64,000 nucleotides of DNA. It comes from Oikopleura dioica (taxonomy: Eukaryota > Animalia > Chordata). Under the pieces are notes generated by a model. The model saw only the letters and a list, made by a program, of their open reading frames with translations, did no database searches and was not told where the DNA came from. Each line of letters opens with the position of its first letter. Position 1 is the stretch's first letter. A program made the position numbers and the translations under genes. Positions 44,079 through 56,949 of the stretch are shown here, in pieces. The DNA is taken from positions 6,758,001-6,822,000 of the forward strand of contig OU015569.1 of the NCBI GenBank assembly GCA_907165135.1, written 5' to 3'.

Positions 44079-47000
44079 GTGGGTTCTCCCTTTTCCGTAA
44101 ATTTAAAATCAAAGACTACCATTACTGACGAAAACAATTTAGAGACGCGGGCATTCGAAGCTTGCCGATGGCTGAGGCAGACTGGATTCCCACAGTACGC
44201 GCAGCTTTTTATAGGTAAGCTGTGCTGGCAACAAACTCTGTTTACTCGATTTAGATGGCAAATTCCCGCTCTACATAGACGCCATTATCAACGAGCATGA
44301 TTTCTTGGAGAAAGACTCCCAGCGTGCTGTCCGCAGGTGAGATACATTTTGCAATATTGAATTTGACCTTCTTCGAAATTATCCTCAACCAAACAAAAAC
44401 AACTGCTGAGTGAGCTCAAATCTTTCCAAATTTGAGCGTGGATTAGTAGATTCTGGCTAGTATATACTCTTTTCCGCAGGGTTCAGCGACTTTTCCTCCT
44501 GCAAAATTGGGTCAGTTGGAAGAATCACTTCTACTTTGAATTTAACGGGGATTCAGTAGTTCCTTTGAGACCGAAGATCAGATTTTACAGTGGCTGCTAC
44601 ACTTCTACCTGGCGCCACATAAATTTGTGATAATTCATGGGTCAATGATCGATACTCTATCACGTAAAAATTCGCAATCGAAGAACAGCTTTCCATAAAT
44701 AGCCAAGTACTTCCTCTGCAAAGTTTTCGTCATGGGGCATCAGCTGCAGCAAATACGAATATCTGTCAACCTCTGCAAAGGTCACTTAGACCATGCAAAT
44801 CCACTGTCATTTCAGAAACATTTTTAAATATATGAAGTTGATTTTTGGTTTAGGAGACTCGAGCTGTTGAACAAAGCAGCAATCGCGGCGGACACGATTG
44901 CAGCGACGCCGCCTCCAGTAAGTCGATTTTATATTTACAAAATTGATGCTTGATCAAATCTTTATCACATTTGTTAACATGACCCCTTCATCTCTTTGAA
45001 ATGAGATTGCGCGTGACTACTCCACACAAACAAAATATATTTTCTAAGCTTTATCGGCCCATTGAAAGGTTGAATGCAGCGAAGCTACAATCAACACGCA
45101 TTTGTCCGGTAAATTCTTCTTGAGAATATTTTTCAGCGTATTCAACCAAGATTGCCCATAAATACGGCACAGAAAACTGTATTGACTGTTAAAATCAAAC
45201 AGGAATACTGTTTTTGAAGATGCGCTCACGAGTGTTCAGATTCTTACATTTTTATCTGGCAACAGTAAATGGTTTCATGCGATCCTTATTCAGAGTAAAG
45301 ATTATTTAGCCAAACGAATTTGACGTGGGTCAGAGCGATCTGAGACCGCTGCGCAAACACTCGTTACAGTTCGCTTTCTTTCTATACGGAACTCGTGATC
45401 TGCACAGGAGATATCTTTAATTGCCGGAAAGTGCCTAATAGATTCTCCTCTGGAAACACTAGAGTTCAGCTTCTCACCTAATACAATTGCAAAAATTCAC
45501 ATGCCCTGTCAACAATCACCACTCGAGTCAATTCTATCAATTTTTAACTCGCCCATTTATAATTGGTGATTAATAATTTTCAGATATAATCCTAAAGCCG
45601 ATCTGCTCACAGCTGAATCCTCTGGGCATTATGCCAGGAGGTTGGCCAAGAATTGCCTCCGGCAGCTTTCGTTGAAAATTTATGACTCCTCGGAGTCAAG
45701 CAATCTGCACTAGCCATAAAGGTTAATGCAACCTGGTCTTGACTTAATTGCTGAAAATATTTTCAAGTTATTTTAATAACTAAAGATCGTGGTGTTTAAA
45801 TGGTTCAATTTTATAGATAAATCAAGTGAAGAATTTTAGACACTTAGAAATGTTGGATTTCTGTTATTTATTGACTAAGACAAAATATATTTTAGTGAAC
45901 TCGCTAGAAAAGATAAGACTAACGTCTTGTATTCTTTCCCCAATACACGCATTGACTTGCTTGATTGCGTGGATGATGAGACTTTTTTGAACAAGTGAAC
46001 GTCAATTTTGACAATACCATTTGATATGCAGCTCCTCAGGGCACAATTTGGCGCGTGCCCAACCATGCAACCTTATTACCCATAGTAGGAACGCCGAGAT
46101 GGCGCTAGAATAGACTGTTGCTCTCTGTTGTGACAGAGCAAGAGACTGATACAAAAGAATGGACCGCCCGCACGTTCTAAAGAGTCTTGAAGAGAATTAG
46201 TGTTTTGGGCACACGAGGCGAACCTGAGCCCGAACAAGATATTCCAAGCGCGCTCAGAACCTTAGCACCGCCAGAACCTGAGAAGCCCCTTTGTCAACAA
46301 AAACAGACTCAAGGATCTACCCAGGCGGAAGAGACATTTCCCATCTCTGGAGAAAGCCACTCAAATGATATGTTTTAAAAAGGTTTATAACTTGTAAAAA
46401 GACAGATTCTCCGACATTCCAGAGATATTTCCAGTCCTGGGAAAGACGAGGGTTGGGACTTTATGCATTCCCAGAGACAACATGTTGTGACACTAGTCTG
46501 CAACCTAATGCCAATTTGACAGGTTTTGAAATTAACTATGGCCAGATTATTATGTTTTCGTGCAGTCGGTGAGAATTTATTTTTATTTGTTCTACTCGTG
46601 TTTGGCTCTGGGCGATATTGTGCTTGAGGCGACTGCTAGTCGAGGCACATCCGACAGTTGCCTTCCCACGGACCAGACGTGTCCAAACACAGATTATATC
46701 ACACATTCGATAAAATTATGTCCGGTTCTCTCACCTCGCGGCGCTCATCATCGCCCATTGCCTTGTGAAACAGTCACTTCATGACTCTCGTAAAGGCAGG
46801 AATCATTTTAAATTCATATTTTCACCCCAGGAATTTAATATCGCGCTAACTATTTGCTCAGTTGAAAGCAGAGTATCAACGCTAATTCACATGTTCATCA
46901 ATCACTGGTCATCTGGCTCGAGAAATTAACATATTATTAATCTCTCCGGTTGTATCCTTACTACTGTTGCATTAGGAGACTATTTATCGATGCCTAAATT

Positions 47001-50000
47001 TAATTCGGTTAAGCTGTTCAAACATGCCAGCCAAAAATACTTCCGGAAGGAACATTTAACCAATATTTAGCAAGCAAAAGTCAACTTGACCGTGAAACTC
47101 AAAGCTAACTTTGTCAAAAACTATGGAGATTGACATTATTTTAAGATGCATGGGATCGACATTATGGATGGGGAGGACGATGTTTGCCTCTCCCAACTTT
47201 GGACGCTGGACAGGAAAAAACAAGTCTGGGCCCGGAACAAGACTCAAGGTGTCCGGCGAAGTGCGAGCACGCCAAACTCTGTAAGTACACTGCAATCTGT
47301 GGAATTTCAGCTTTGTGCGGCCACAGTATAACCTTTTGTCACTCGCAGGGGGCCGTCCCGCGCTCTCAGTAGAGAAGATCAAAAGAATTACTTCTATTCA
47401 TCTGCACTTAAATAGAGAGAATCGTTTTTGAGTTAGCTTTGGGCAGATATTACTGTATTTCAAGGCTCCATTATGTCCGAGCGATAAAGCTGGTAATAAT
47501 ACTCTTGCGAGGTAATACTGTATGTTCTGAAATAAGTTATAGAAATAGTTCATATCTCTTATTGAAATTCTTGAAAGTGAAATGTCGGAGGCAAGTTCGT
47601 GTTTGACAGGAGTGCTACTGTAACTATGCTTCAATTGACTATATTTGTGCAAGTGTCACACCACAATGCGATTTGACTGTGTTCTCATCTGGCGATGTTA
47701 TATTTTCTTAAACGTTTAAATGCCTTTATTACACAATCAGTCTCATTCAACTCTCAGAACAAGACTTTACACAAGCCTGCTGATTTTGCGAAAAACACGC
47801 ACGAGTAGTAAAAATGAGTGCGAGTACGGCGCCTGATACACGTAGAGAGCGAGTATTCAACCCCACTCAAGAAAAATAACAGCTATCGAAAATTCAATTT
47901 AGCGCTGCCGAATATCTCCGCGCGTAACTCAGCTCCAGCCCACTTCCGAAGACTCCGATATGGACCAGAGCAACGAGATTAACAACGAATTCGCCTCACT
48001 TGATCGCCGAGGAATGATGAAGACTTCTTCTTTCATGCGCAAATTTCGCCCACTCAGGAAAAGCTCACTAAAATTAACTCAGACAGATTAAAATAAGTAT
48101 TGCGAGTCCTTTAGCTAGAAAATCCCATAGATCTCCGGAATTCCAAAATTCTGACTCAAAGTTTAAATTCTATTGTCACGACGAGTATTACGCGTAAAAC
48201 GCTATTCGAAAATGTGCGTGGCTATCTGTTTCTAAGAGTTCTTGGATTTCACTTATCGTTGCCGTTGCCCATCCGTTGCCGGTAGTGACTATTTTTGATT
48301 GTTTTAGCGCTTTAGTTAACGATAGTTGAAATTATAATGGCGTACTTTCTGGGCACTGTTAATTTCACTTGTTTTTAATGTTTGAGTAAGCATGAGCGCA
48401 TGTCATCTTCTTCCAGACTTAACTCGCCGAAAGGCGAATATCTGCTCTGGATAAGTGAGGGCGCGCGAAAGCCTCAACAGAGCTTGTGCTTGCTCTCCAA
48501 ACAATACGCACCATTATCGTTACTGGTTACCCAGTGGTCAGGAGATGAGATCATTTCTCGTATACTAGCTTTTAAGTTATCAACTGCAGACCAATATTTC
48601 CCAGAGATTGAAAATGAGCTGTTATCAGTAATCACAGAACAAGAGAACGACCAGTTAGAAAGAAAACAATCACTATTGGGAATCCTATTCTAAAATCAGG
48701 CATGGAGAATTTATACCGCTACAATTGCCGAGATATCTCCTCAACGGGACAAAGGTAGGATCATAAAAAGAGGTCCCTCTACTGTGTAATCTAAGGACGA
48801 CGAAGCTCTCCGATAAAACTGACTCGGACACAACGAGTGGTCTTGGCCTCGACATTGGGCTGAACACGGCTAGTTCGGATTCGGAGAACTCCGAAAATTT
48901 TATTTCTGACTCGGGCAAGCGATTTACTCAACTGTATCTCTCCGACTCGACCTCGGGTTCCATGCGCCGCCCAAACAGTATTTATGATAATCTGAACGAT
49001 GAGGAAACGACGAACTTATCGAGCGAGCTCAGCGTAAACAACAACGATGATTTCGATCAGATTCAAACCCCAAATAACACCCTCAATCCAAGCCAGAGGA
49101 AAGACGAAAGCTTTGCCGAAGAAATGGACACGCTCCAAAAAGGCATGCTCGAAGAACTGGAGAGCATCAAGCGAATGCTCACTGATGTGAATTTGCTCTT
49201 TGAAAAGAACGATGACACCCTAGAGCGGCCGAAACAGGAAAGATTCCCGATGAAAGTCATTTCTTATTTATATTGAGAACGGGCACATCAAAACTTTCGA
49301 GGGCTTATTTATTTTGTAGCTCACGATTTTTCTCAATACGTTTGGAAAATTTTTGCTACCATTTTTTTTTTCGTGAAGTTCGTATGACCTCAAACAGCCC
49401 GCAAAATGGGGCAGGTCTGATTGGTATTCCAGAGTGACTTTGTAGTTTCAACACTGGCGCAGCTAATTTATGAAGGCTCGTAATTGTTAGGCCGCGCTCG
49501 GAGCGGCTGTGGCCAAGCAACATTCGGGGACTGAACGTTCTTAAACTAAACTTTGCACGGATAGTGTAAATAGCAATGAAGGTCGTTCGCTTGCGATTTC
49601 TGCAACATTTGTGCACTCGATGATAAGTTCATGGGTATAAAAAGATATTTCGGGAATTCATAAAAAGTCACGAAATGAACAGCGCCACGCCTTCGATTGT
49701 TTCTTCGGTGACGAGGACGACGAGGACGAAGAACAACAGAATGGAGTGGAGCTTTTTATTCCAGAATCAACTTATGACGCGTCGTCAACTCGCTCCTTCT
49801 CTGTTTCCGCCGACATCAGCGAATCCATGTGCCCCAGAGATGACGCGGGCTCTCGTGGACCGAACTCGACGATGGACGATTCCGGTCAAGAGTCAGACCA
49901 CTTCGAAGCCGACCAAACGTGGCATGTTCCGGTGAGAACGCGAAGCTGTCGAAAACGTTTGCGCTGGAAGAGTTTCTATCGGGATCATCAGCCGAGCTTT

Positions 50001-52658
50001 CGAAGTCGTAATGTTCAGTTGAGCAATCTTTCTGCTGGACAGGCAAGTGATTATATAAACAGAACTTATTTCACAAAGAAGTTAGGTTATGATGCTTCGC
50101 AAGATTGCCATGCTCAGGCTCACGTCATACATGGAAAGATACAGCACGATACGAAACAACGAAACAATGGCCTGGTAAGTACTTTCTCCCAAATAGTCCT
50201 TAGGCTCGTTGGTAGAAACAAAAGTCGCGTGATAGCGAAAATATATCGATCACTGGGTAAACTTGACGTTGATTTCTTACTCAAACACACTTAAAGTTAT
50301 CTCTTCCTGGAGTTTTATCAAAGTCGAAATAACTGCCGAGTTTTTTTTTTTGAGCTCTATCGGAAAACTCGACTTGGTATATTCGACAATAGATGTTTTA
50401 TCTTCTGCTAGCTGTGAAAGGATATGCTGTCATTTACAGTAAACATCGTTTGAAGTACTCTTTTATGAGTTGGTGGTTCGTTTATGCGCATATGTGGCTT
50501 CTCAGTAAATAGAACATTGATACTCCCAAAGTTCAAAACTCTTTGAACTCAAAGCAGAATTATAAAAGTAACTTTTGAATAGATAGATAGAAGAGTATCG
50601 CATTCATCACCCACGAATTATAGACTATACAATAGCTAACTTAATTTTTAAGGTCTCTTCCGTTTAAACTCAATTTCAAACGGCTAAAGAGCAACTCTTT
50701 ACGAGCGAAAAAATATGTTCGGAGTGAGCCTGTTAAAAAATGCTCAAAATTATGGACAACCACTGCCGCTTCCGATGCAACGAGCATTACAGTATCTACG
50801 ACGAAACGCGATGACACAACAGGATCGTGCTCGACAACATTTTCCGATTTTATCAGACAGCACTATCACTTCCATCTGATGTCTATTTCGTGATTCTTTC
50901 GGTCGCGCAGAACGCGTTACTATGACAAGCCTGTCGTTCCATTTTACATCATTGTCGAGCACGCCTGAAAGGGACTTTTCCGAAAATCAGGAGTCAAAAC
51001 TCGAATTCAAAAGCTTCGACAGACGATGGAGGCAAATCCCGAAGATTTCGAATTCAAATTCGACAATTTTTCCCCGTACGATATCGCAGACGTAGTGAAA
51101 GGATACTTTCGCGACTTACCTGAGCCTCTCATGACTGGAAAACTTTCACAGACCTTCACCTCAATTTTTCTCGGTAGAACTTTGATAAGTCGAAACGGCT
51201 CAATGAATTTGTAGACATTCCACCTCAATACTGGTTAAAAGCAGTTCAACCCGCTATCATGCTCCTCCCCGACGAGAATCGGGAAGTCCTCCAGACTTTG
51301 CTGTATTTTCTGTCCGACGTGGCAGGCAAGTCGGAAGAAAACTCAATGACGGCTGACAATCTCGCCGTTTGCTTTGCGCCTTCTCTCTTCCAACTCAACC
51401 TCAATTCCTCTCGCTCAACAGGAAGTTTTCTCCGTCGACGCAACGGCTCATCAAGCATGCCCTCGCCTGACGAAAGCACAAGAATTCATAACGAGTCCGT
51501 GGCCGCGCATAAGTGCTTTACCTTCATGATAAAAGAATGCAAGAATCTCTTCCGTATTTCGAAAGAAATTATTACCCAATGCAACCTTGGTGTAATGGAA
51601 CAGCCGGAAGATCTTCTCTAGCGGAGCTAGGAAATATGCCATCTGTTCACCAACTCAACGAGTTTGTCGAAAAGTAAGTGCACGTCTCCGCCCTCTCAAA
51701 GTCCAACAATGTTTTCTTTCTAGGAAACTTCAAACAGACTACAGTAGTTCGAGCTGGTCGAAATATCAATTGAATGCGAACTGCTCTTCAGTTTCTGTGC
51801 ATACACGGAAGTGCGACGACGACATGCCGCTAAAGCTTTTCCGCTGTCGCATGACGATTCAAGGCTGTCCAAAGGTAAGCCTAATATTTTCTCAAACTCT
51901 GACAAACCGGAAGTTATTTTATCATCATCAAAGACATTTTGAATTTTCCAGGAATTGAATTAGCAACTTATGTGTGTTTGCCAGTACTTATCGAAAACAA
52001 CAACGAGTCATCTTTGATTTTAAGGCCGTTCTCAATGCCGTCCTGAACGAAAGAAGCCAGTGGGATCCCGATCTTCTCGAAATGCGCAATATTGACAATT
52101 TGGACGACACATCGGACATCACGCAATACGTCACCGGAAGCATGTCACCACATCCTCACCGTGACTACGTGGTTTACAGAGCTTGGCGATATCGACCAAG
52201 CGGCAAGTGTGAGCTTTTCGTCACAAGCACTCGTCATTCGAAGGTGAGGGCCTCATTGTCTTCATTCTACTTTTATTTATCTTCGGCCCATCCGTAGACC
52301 TCAGTAAATAACGTTACCCTCATATAAAATGTCACCACATAATTAAAGTCTTTTACTAGCGCTCAAATAGAATTTAAACCAACTTTTGCATAAATTTTGT
52401 TTTTAGGCACCTCTAATCGGCGATGTGCGGGGAGTGATTCTCTTGTCTCAATGGACTATCGAGCCGCTAGAAAACGGCAAAAGCCATCTCACGCATATAA
52501 CTCGTTTTGATACTCGCGGTCGGGATCCAAAGTGGTATGATAGGGTAAGTGTTTCGTAAATGTTGCGACGGACGTTTTAATTGTTCCATTTCTAGGTGGC
52601 TGGAAATCAGCTCGCCACGGAAATACGGCGCATTCACGAGCACCTGGCAAAGTCGTAA
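44079..52658 (+). CDS. STARD13: DLC1/STARD13-family RhoGAP (SAM, Ser-rich linker, RhoGAP, START)
   Basis: SAM AFEACRWLRQTGFPQYAQLF, VCLSQLWTLDRKKQVWAR, RKRLRWKSF, RhoGAP GLFRKSGVKTRI..YFRDLPEPL..NLAVCFAPSLF, START RSQWDPDLL..PHPHRDYVV..RGRDPKWY. Further 5' exons may exist at 41500-43200. This is the single-copy family ortholog, so the symbol is approximate. Confidence 0.9.
50823..50971 (+). mobile_element. Candidate introner-like GA-AG intron with terminal inverted repeats
   Basis: Splicing CAG|GA...AG|GGA restores YLRRNAMTQQGLFRKSG. CGTGCTCGACAA (50826-50837) and TTGTCGAGCACG (50952-50963) are a perfect inverted repeat. Mobility is not shown. Confidence 0.5.
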
Positions 52659-53234
52659 CCAAGAGTGTAAATTTTTGTTATATTCTTTGTAAAACTTCCT
52701 GTATATTGTTCAAACATCACTGTAACAGCTTGGTTGGAATGTTGGCGGGCCAACTATTCAGAACCAAAGCAAACTCTCGATCCCTCTGCAACAGGCCCTG
52801 AAACGCGTGACGTTCTCTGTCACAAAATAACAATACACCTAAGCCATGTACGTCATATTGACAGCGAGATGATACTTTTATAGACGAGAAAGTAAATGTT
52901 TTCATCATTCTAAAAATTCCTTACGAAACCAAAAAGAAAACGAAATTGGCGTCGTTTCTTCAACTGCATTTTCAATTTTCGAATCTTGCGACAAATTATA
53001 GATCTGAAGTAGCTTCGAAGTCTTTTCTGTTTGCTACTTGCCAAGAAAAATCTTGAACTTGATAAATTAGTTCCAAGAAGACAGTTGTTCGCATCCAAGA
53101 CAGTTTTACTGTGTCATCAACAAGGAAAATTCCATGCGCATTAGAAGAGAAATTCGAGGCATGACAGCTGCATCAGTGTGGAATCAACTTTTGACATTTC
53201 CGAGGTGGTCAATAAAAATTTTCAAAGATGTATG

Positions 53235-53256
53235 AGGTTAGTGACGTCACTAACCT
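53235..53256. repeat. Perfect 22-bp palindrome centred on TGACGTCA
   Basis: AGGTTAGTGACGTCACTAACCT equals its own reverse complement. Confidence 0.85.
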
Positions 53257-53709
53257 TGAAATAGTTGCGATCTATTAAGGCGGTTTTCGTAGTCAAAACA
53301 TGTTATCTGCGAGTTATGAAACTACCCTCATAATTTTGCTATAAAAATCCATTCTGACGTATGGCCACGAATTTCACGGTAAGCGTTTGACTCTATGCAT
53401 GACCTTGAAACTCGCAATTAGGGCAAATTTAAGAAATTATAATCAAGATGTTGATGAAAAGCTTTGCGTTATAGAAAATGTTTAAACGAAAAGCGTTCGA
53501 CCAGGGCTTCAAACTTTATCAGTCGAAAGCGGAACTTCCCTAGAGGGCTTGTCGATAAAACAAGAGAAGTAGAAAGCAAAAGAATAAATGTGTTTAGACT
53601 TGAGAAGAGCCTTTTCGATCGTAGCTGTAATAGGAAAGAGCTTTAATCCCAATAATTTATCACTAAATGACTATAACATTCATACTTTAATTAGTTTTTG
53701 CAAATAGAC

Positions 53710-54434
53710 AAAGCTCCCAAAAGAAAATATTATTGCATTTAGCCTTCTTGGTTTCTCAATTTTTGTTTTTATTCAAGATACTCGGATACAGAATTTCTGG
53801 CCACTAATTGGAATCTCTCTTTCTGGATTGACGATTATTGTCTCAGTGGTAGGCATTCTTGGGATTTCCTGCGCTTCAGGCATCTGTCTTAATTTACACA
53901 TAGTACTGGCGACGTGCAGTTTATTCGTATATGCGAGTATATCTGTCTTTTCTGGGCTTAGATTTTCAGGTTATTCAATTCTTTAGAACTCAAAAGTTTC
54001 TAACACTTGCCATTGCAGATATCAACATCTACAGAATACTGAAGAAGAATGAAATTTTCGATAATTTTGACTCTGAAGACGATGATGTTGGGTCAGGAGC
54101 GTTCGACTGTGAACCCACTTTTACTGATATTCAAAGAAGTGAGACAAAATATGGTGAGCTAGACAGCTGCTTGCTCAATGGACGATTCTTCGAAATTTTA
54201 GGCCGGGCTTGAGAGTTGCATCAAAATATAATTCTATGCATCATCGTGAGAAACCCAAAAAAAGAAGAAAAATCACTTGAAACATCAAATCATGCTATCT
54301 TGTTAACTGTTTCCGTCGTTTCTGGTTTTCAAACGATTCTTAGTGTCATTCAGCTTATCTTCACCTGCACAGCGAAACGGAGCATCACTAACCCTTCACG
54401 AGATCACCTTGTTCTTGACGATAAAAGTTTATAA
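53710..54434 (+). CDS. Divergent four-transmembrane (tetraspanin-like topology) protein
   Basis: Three hydrophobic helices (IIAFSLLGFSIFVFI; LIGISLSGLTIIVSVVGILGI; LHIVLATCSLFVYASISVF), an acidic loop with Cys, and a fourth helix AILLTVSVVSGFQTILSVIQLIF. No CCG motif seen. Confidence 0.4.
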
Positions 54435-55069
54435 TAAACATAGATACCTCTCTCTTGGTCAGCAATCGTCGATTTTGCCGAGGGCAACAAGAGAGCAATT
54501 CCATGACAGTATTCCTTGTCTTTCGACAATCATGAACTTTGCCTCCTTTTTGCTCTCAGCTTTGATAAAGTATTATTGGTCTCGTGTTCAAGAGACGATT
54601 CAGTACAGTTTATAAATTTTCAAAGGCATTGGCATTTAGCTCCTAAAATCAAACTATATTTCTTCTCTCAAAAACTTTGATTTTCGATTTCAGTCCTTCT
54701 CTTGCGAAGGGTTTTTGGGAATGAGCAAAATTGCTGTCGAGTTTTGGATGAAAACTCTCTAGCAGTATCTGGTAACGCTGCTTGCATTGTCCCCATTGAA
54801 AGCGGTGGGCCTTTTCGGGCACAAAGCCCGTGGCGCCAAGCACAATGTCCCACAAGTGGAAAACCAATCCGCTCCAGATTATGTTCGGCCTTCCTATTTT
54901 TGTAGTTATGGGAACTATGATAATCCAGAAAGAGTTAATGTTTACGAGTCCTCATGGTGGGAAATTCGTTCTCAATCAATCAATCACCAACTGTTGTTTC
55001 TGGCTTTGGTTTTATTTTATACAGTGAACTGACTTCATAATGTGGTCTTTCAGATTGAGGCTGTGCTCA

Positions 55070-56081
55070 TTAGTACCAGCCTTGGGATCCGTAAATATAG
55101 TTCGCACCAGAGCTCGAGAAATAAAGCTCTGGATTAGAAAGAGCAGTCGCGATCGACACCGTTGTTGATCCAGTTGAGTCCGTTTCGATTTCATTAGCTC
55201 CCAGAAGGAACATCGTGTTGGTATCGCCCAATTTATGACAGAATGAGCACACGGAACCTCGACTGAACCTTGCAGAGTGTTTCGTTCGGCACTGAGGCAC
55301 GGGACCAATAAAATTTTGAGCTTCGTGGTCCAAGCACACACTATTTAAAGGATGATCAGCTTGATTATTATCTTTTCAATGTTTACCTGAGAGGGGCACA
55401 TCGAGAATAGATCAATGGCTCGGTTGTTCCTGTGCGCGATCGAAGGGTGACCAGGCAAACGTCATTCGGACCGGCACATGTTGTTGATGATCGACCACGG
55501 CAGGTTGCCATGTCTTCTCCGTGGCATTCCATACAGTCCTTAACAATTTTAGCATATTGAGAATATAATTGACTTTACCGAATGAACGCCACTTCTCAGC
55601 GAGGGGGTGAACGGATTTCGTTTGAATTCTAGTCCTCCATCTTCATTCTCTGTAGGTTCAGTTGTCTGCGCCGAAGTAGTTAGGATTTCTGTTGTTGTCG
55701 GTTCTTCTGTAGTTGTTGTAGTGGTGGTAGTTGTCGTTGTAGTTGTAGTCGTTTCGATAACGTTGCTTTCGAACATTTCGTCGCTGTTGTCTCCGCTGGA
55801 GAGGTCTCCGTAAAGACTGTCAAAATATGTGCTGTAGTTTTCTTCATAGTTGTAGAACTGTGGATCTTACTCGGATTCAAATCAGCTCAGGGAAAATCAA
55901 AACATAGTAGAGCAACTTATTTCCGGAGAGTATGATTTGAATCCCTAGCAACAGTAGCAGCACTACCAAACCCTTCGAACATAGATGCATCATCATATGC
56001 ATACTCGTTGCCCACAAAGGGGCTAAAGTTGTCGTAGTTTCTTTGGGCAATTGCAAGCGTAGAAAAGTAGAAGACCTTCAT
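55070..56081 (-). CDS. Secreted oikosin-like protein: Tyr/Asp-rich N-terminus, Thr-rich mucin stretch, Cys domain
   Basis: Signal MKVFYFSTLAIA, a poly-Thr tract, and CMECHGEDMATC..TCAGPNDVCLV..SRC..VCLDHEAQNF..QCR..SVCSFC, which resembles the oikosin Cys repeat. Confidence 0.62.
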
Positions 56082-56487
56082 CGGTATTTTGCGCGTTGTT
56101 TACTCTTTACGACTGTGCAATTTCTCTCTTTCTTCTTATATCAGAAGATAGTTTGACTGAAGAGCAAGCGCTGCTATCGCTTTTAAACAGAAAACAGCCG
56201 TTTGAAGTGGTAATGGACGTGTTCAATGCGTTGTTTAATAATTTGGAAACCCACAATTGGGTCTTCTGACCTTTCACTCACCGCCGAATTAGCGATGTTA
56301 CCTCCACTTCGGAAATCAATGGGGAAAAGAGTGAAGAAAAAAGTGAAACAAACTATCTGCAGCCAATATTGCAATAAATGTTTAGCTATTTCTACGATTT
56401 CCTGGGTGACTTTCGGATGAAATCAAGCACTGGTCTACTCGCCATCCCGAAAGGATGCATCAATTTGCTTAGAACAAAAAAAAAACA

Positions 56488-56949
56488 ATGAATATTTTTG
56501 TATTTTCAGTATTTTTATGTTTTACCGTGCACGGTTTTCTTACGCCAGGATACAGTAGTTTCTTTGATCCGGCGTGGATAGAGGAGAACAATGAAAGAGA
56601 AAGCGCAAACTCCGCGAGAAAAAATCAAAACGCTGCAAAAAAATGCTTAGAACCGGCAACTTGTGACGAGTGCAGATACTTAACCGGAGTAAGTTTCGCA
56701 GAAATTTAGCAATAAAATTGTGTCTGAGTTTCACAACTTTTTAGCGGTGTGTCCGTCGATTCAAAGGCCTCTGCAAGAAAAAAGGCTATCAACGAGCCCA
56801 AGGAAACTGCTCGACAAGAAAGCTGCTCAAAAAGCACCGCGCATCAAACAGATGGCAAGGCTTCTAATAATTTATTTCCCATATTACTAAACAGACATAA
56901 TAAATATGATATTCAAAATATCAAACGAGTTTTCCCATTTTTCCGATGA
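56488..56949 (+). CDS. Small predicted secreted protein
   Basis: Signal-like MNIFVFSVFLCFTVHG, the Cys motif CLEPATCDEC, and a plausible GT-AG intron into the second exon. Confidence 0.35.

Noticed and set aside
55700-55760. GTT/GTA/GTG trinucleotide-like repeat
   Set aside because: It is explained by the poly-Thr codons of the oikosin-like gene on the minus strand.
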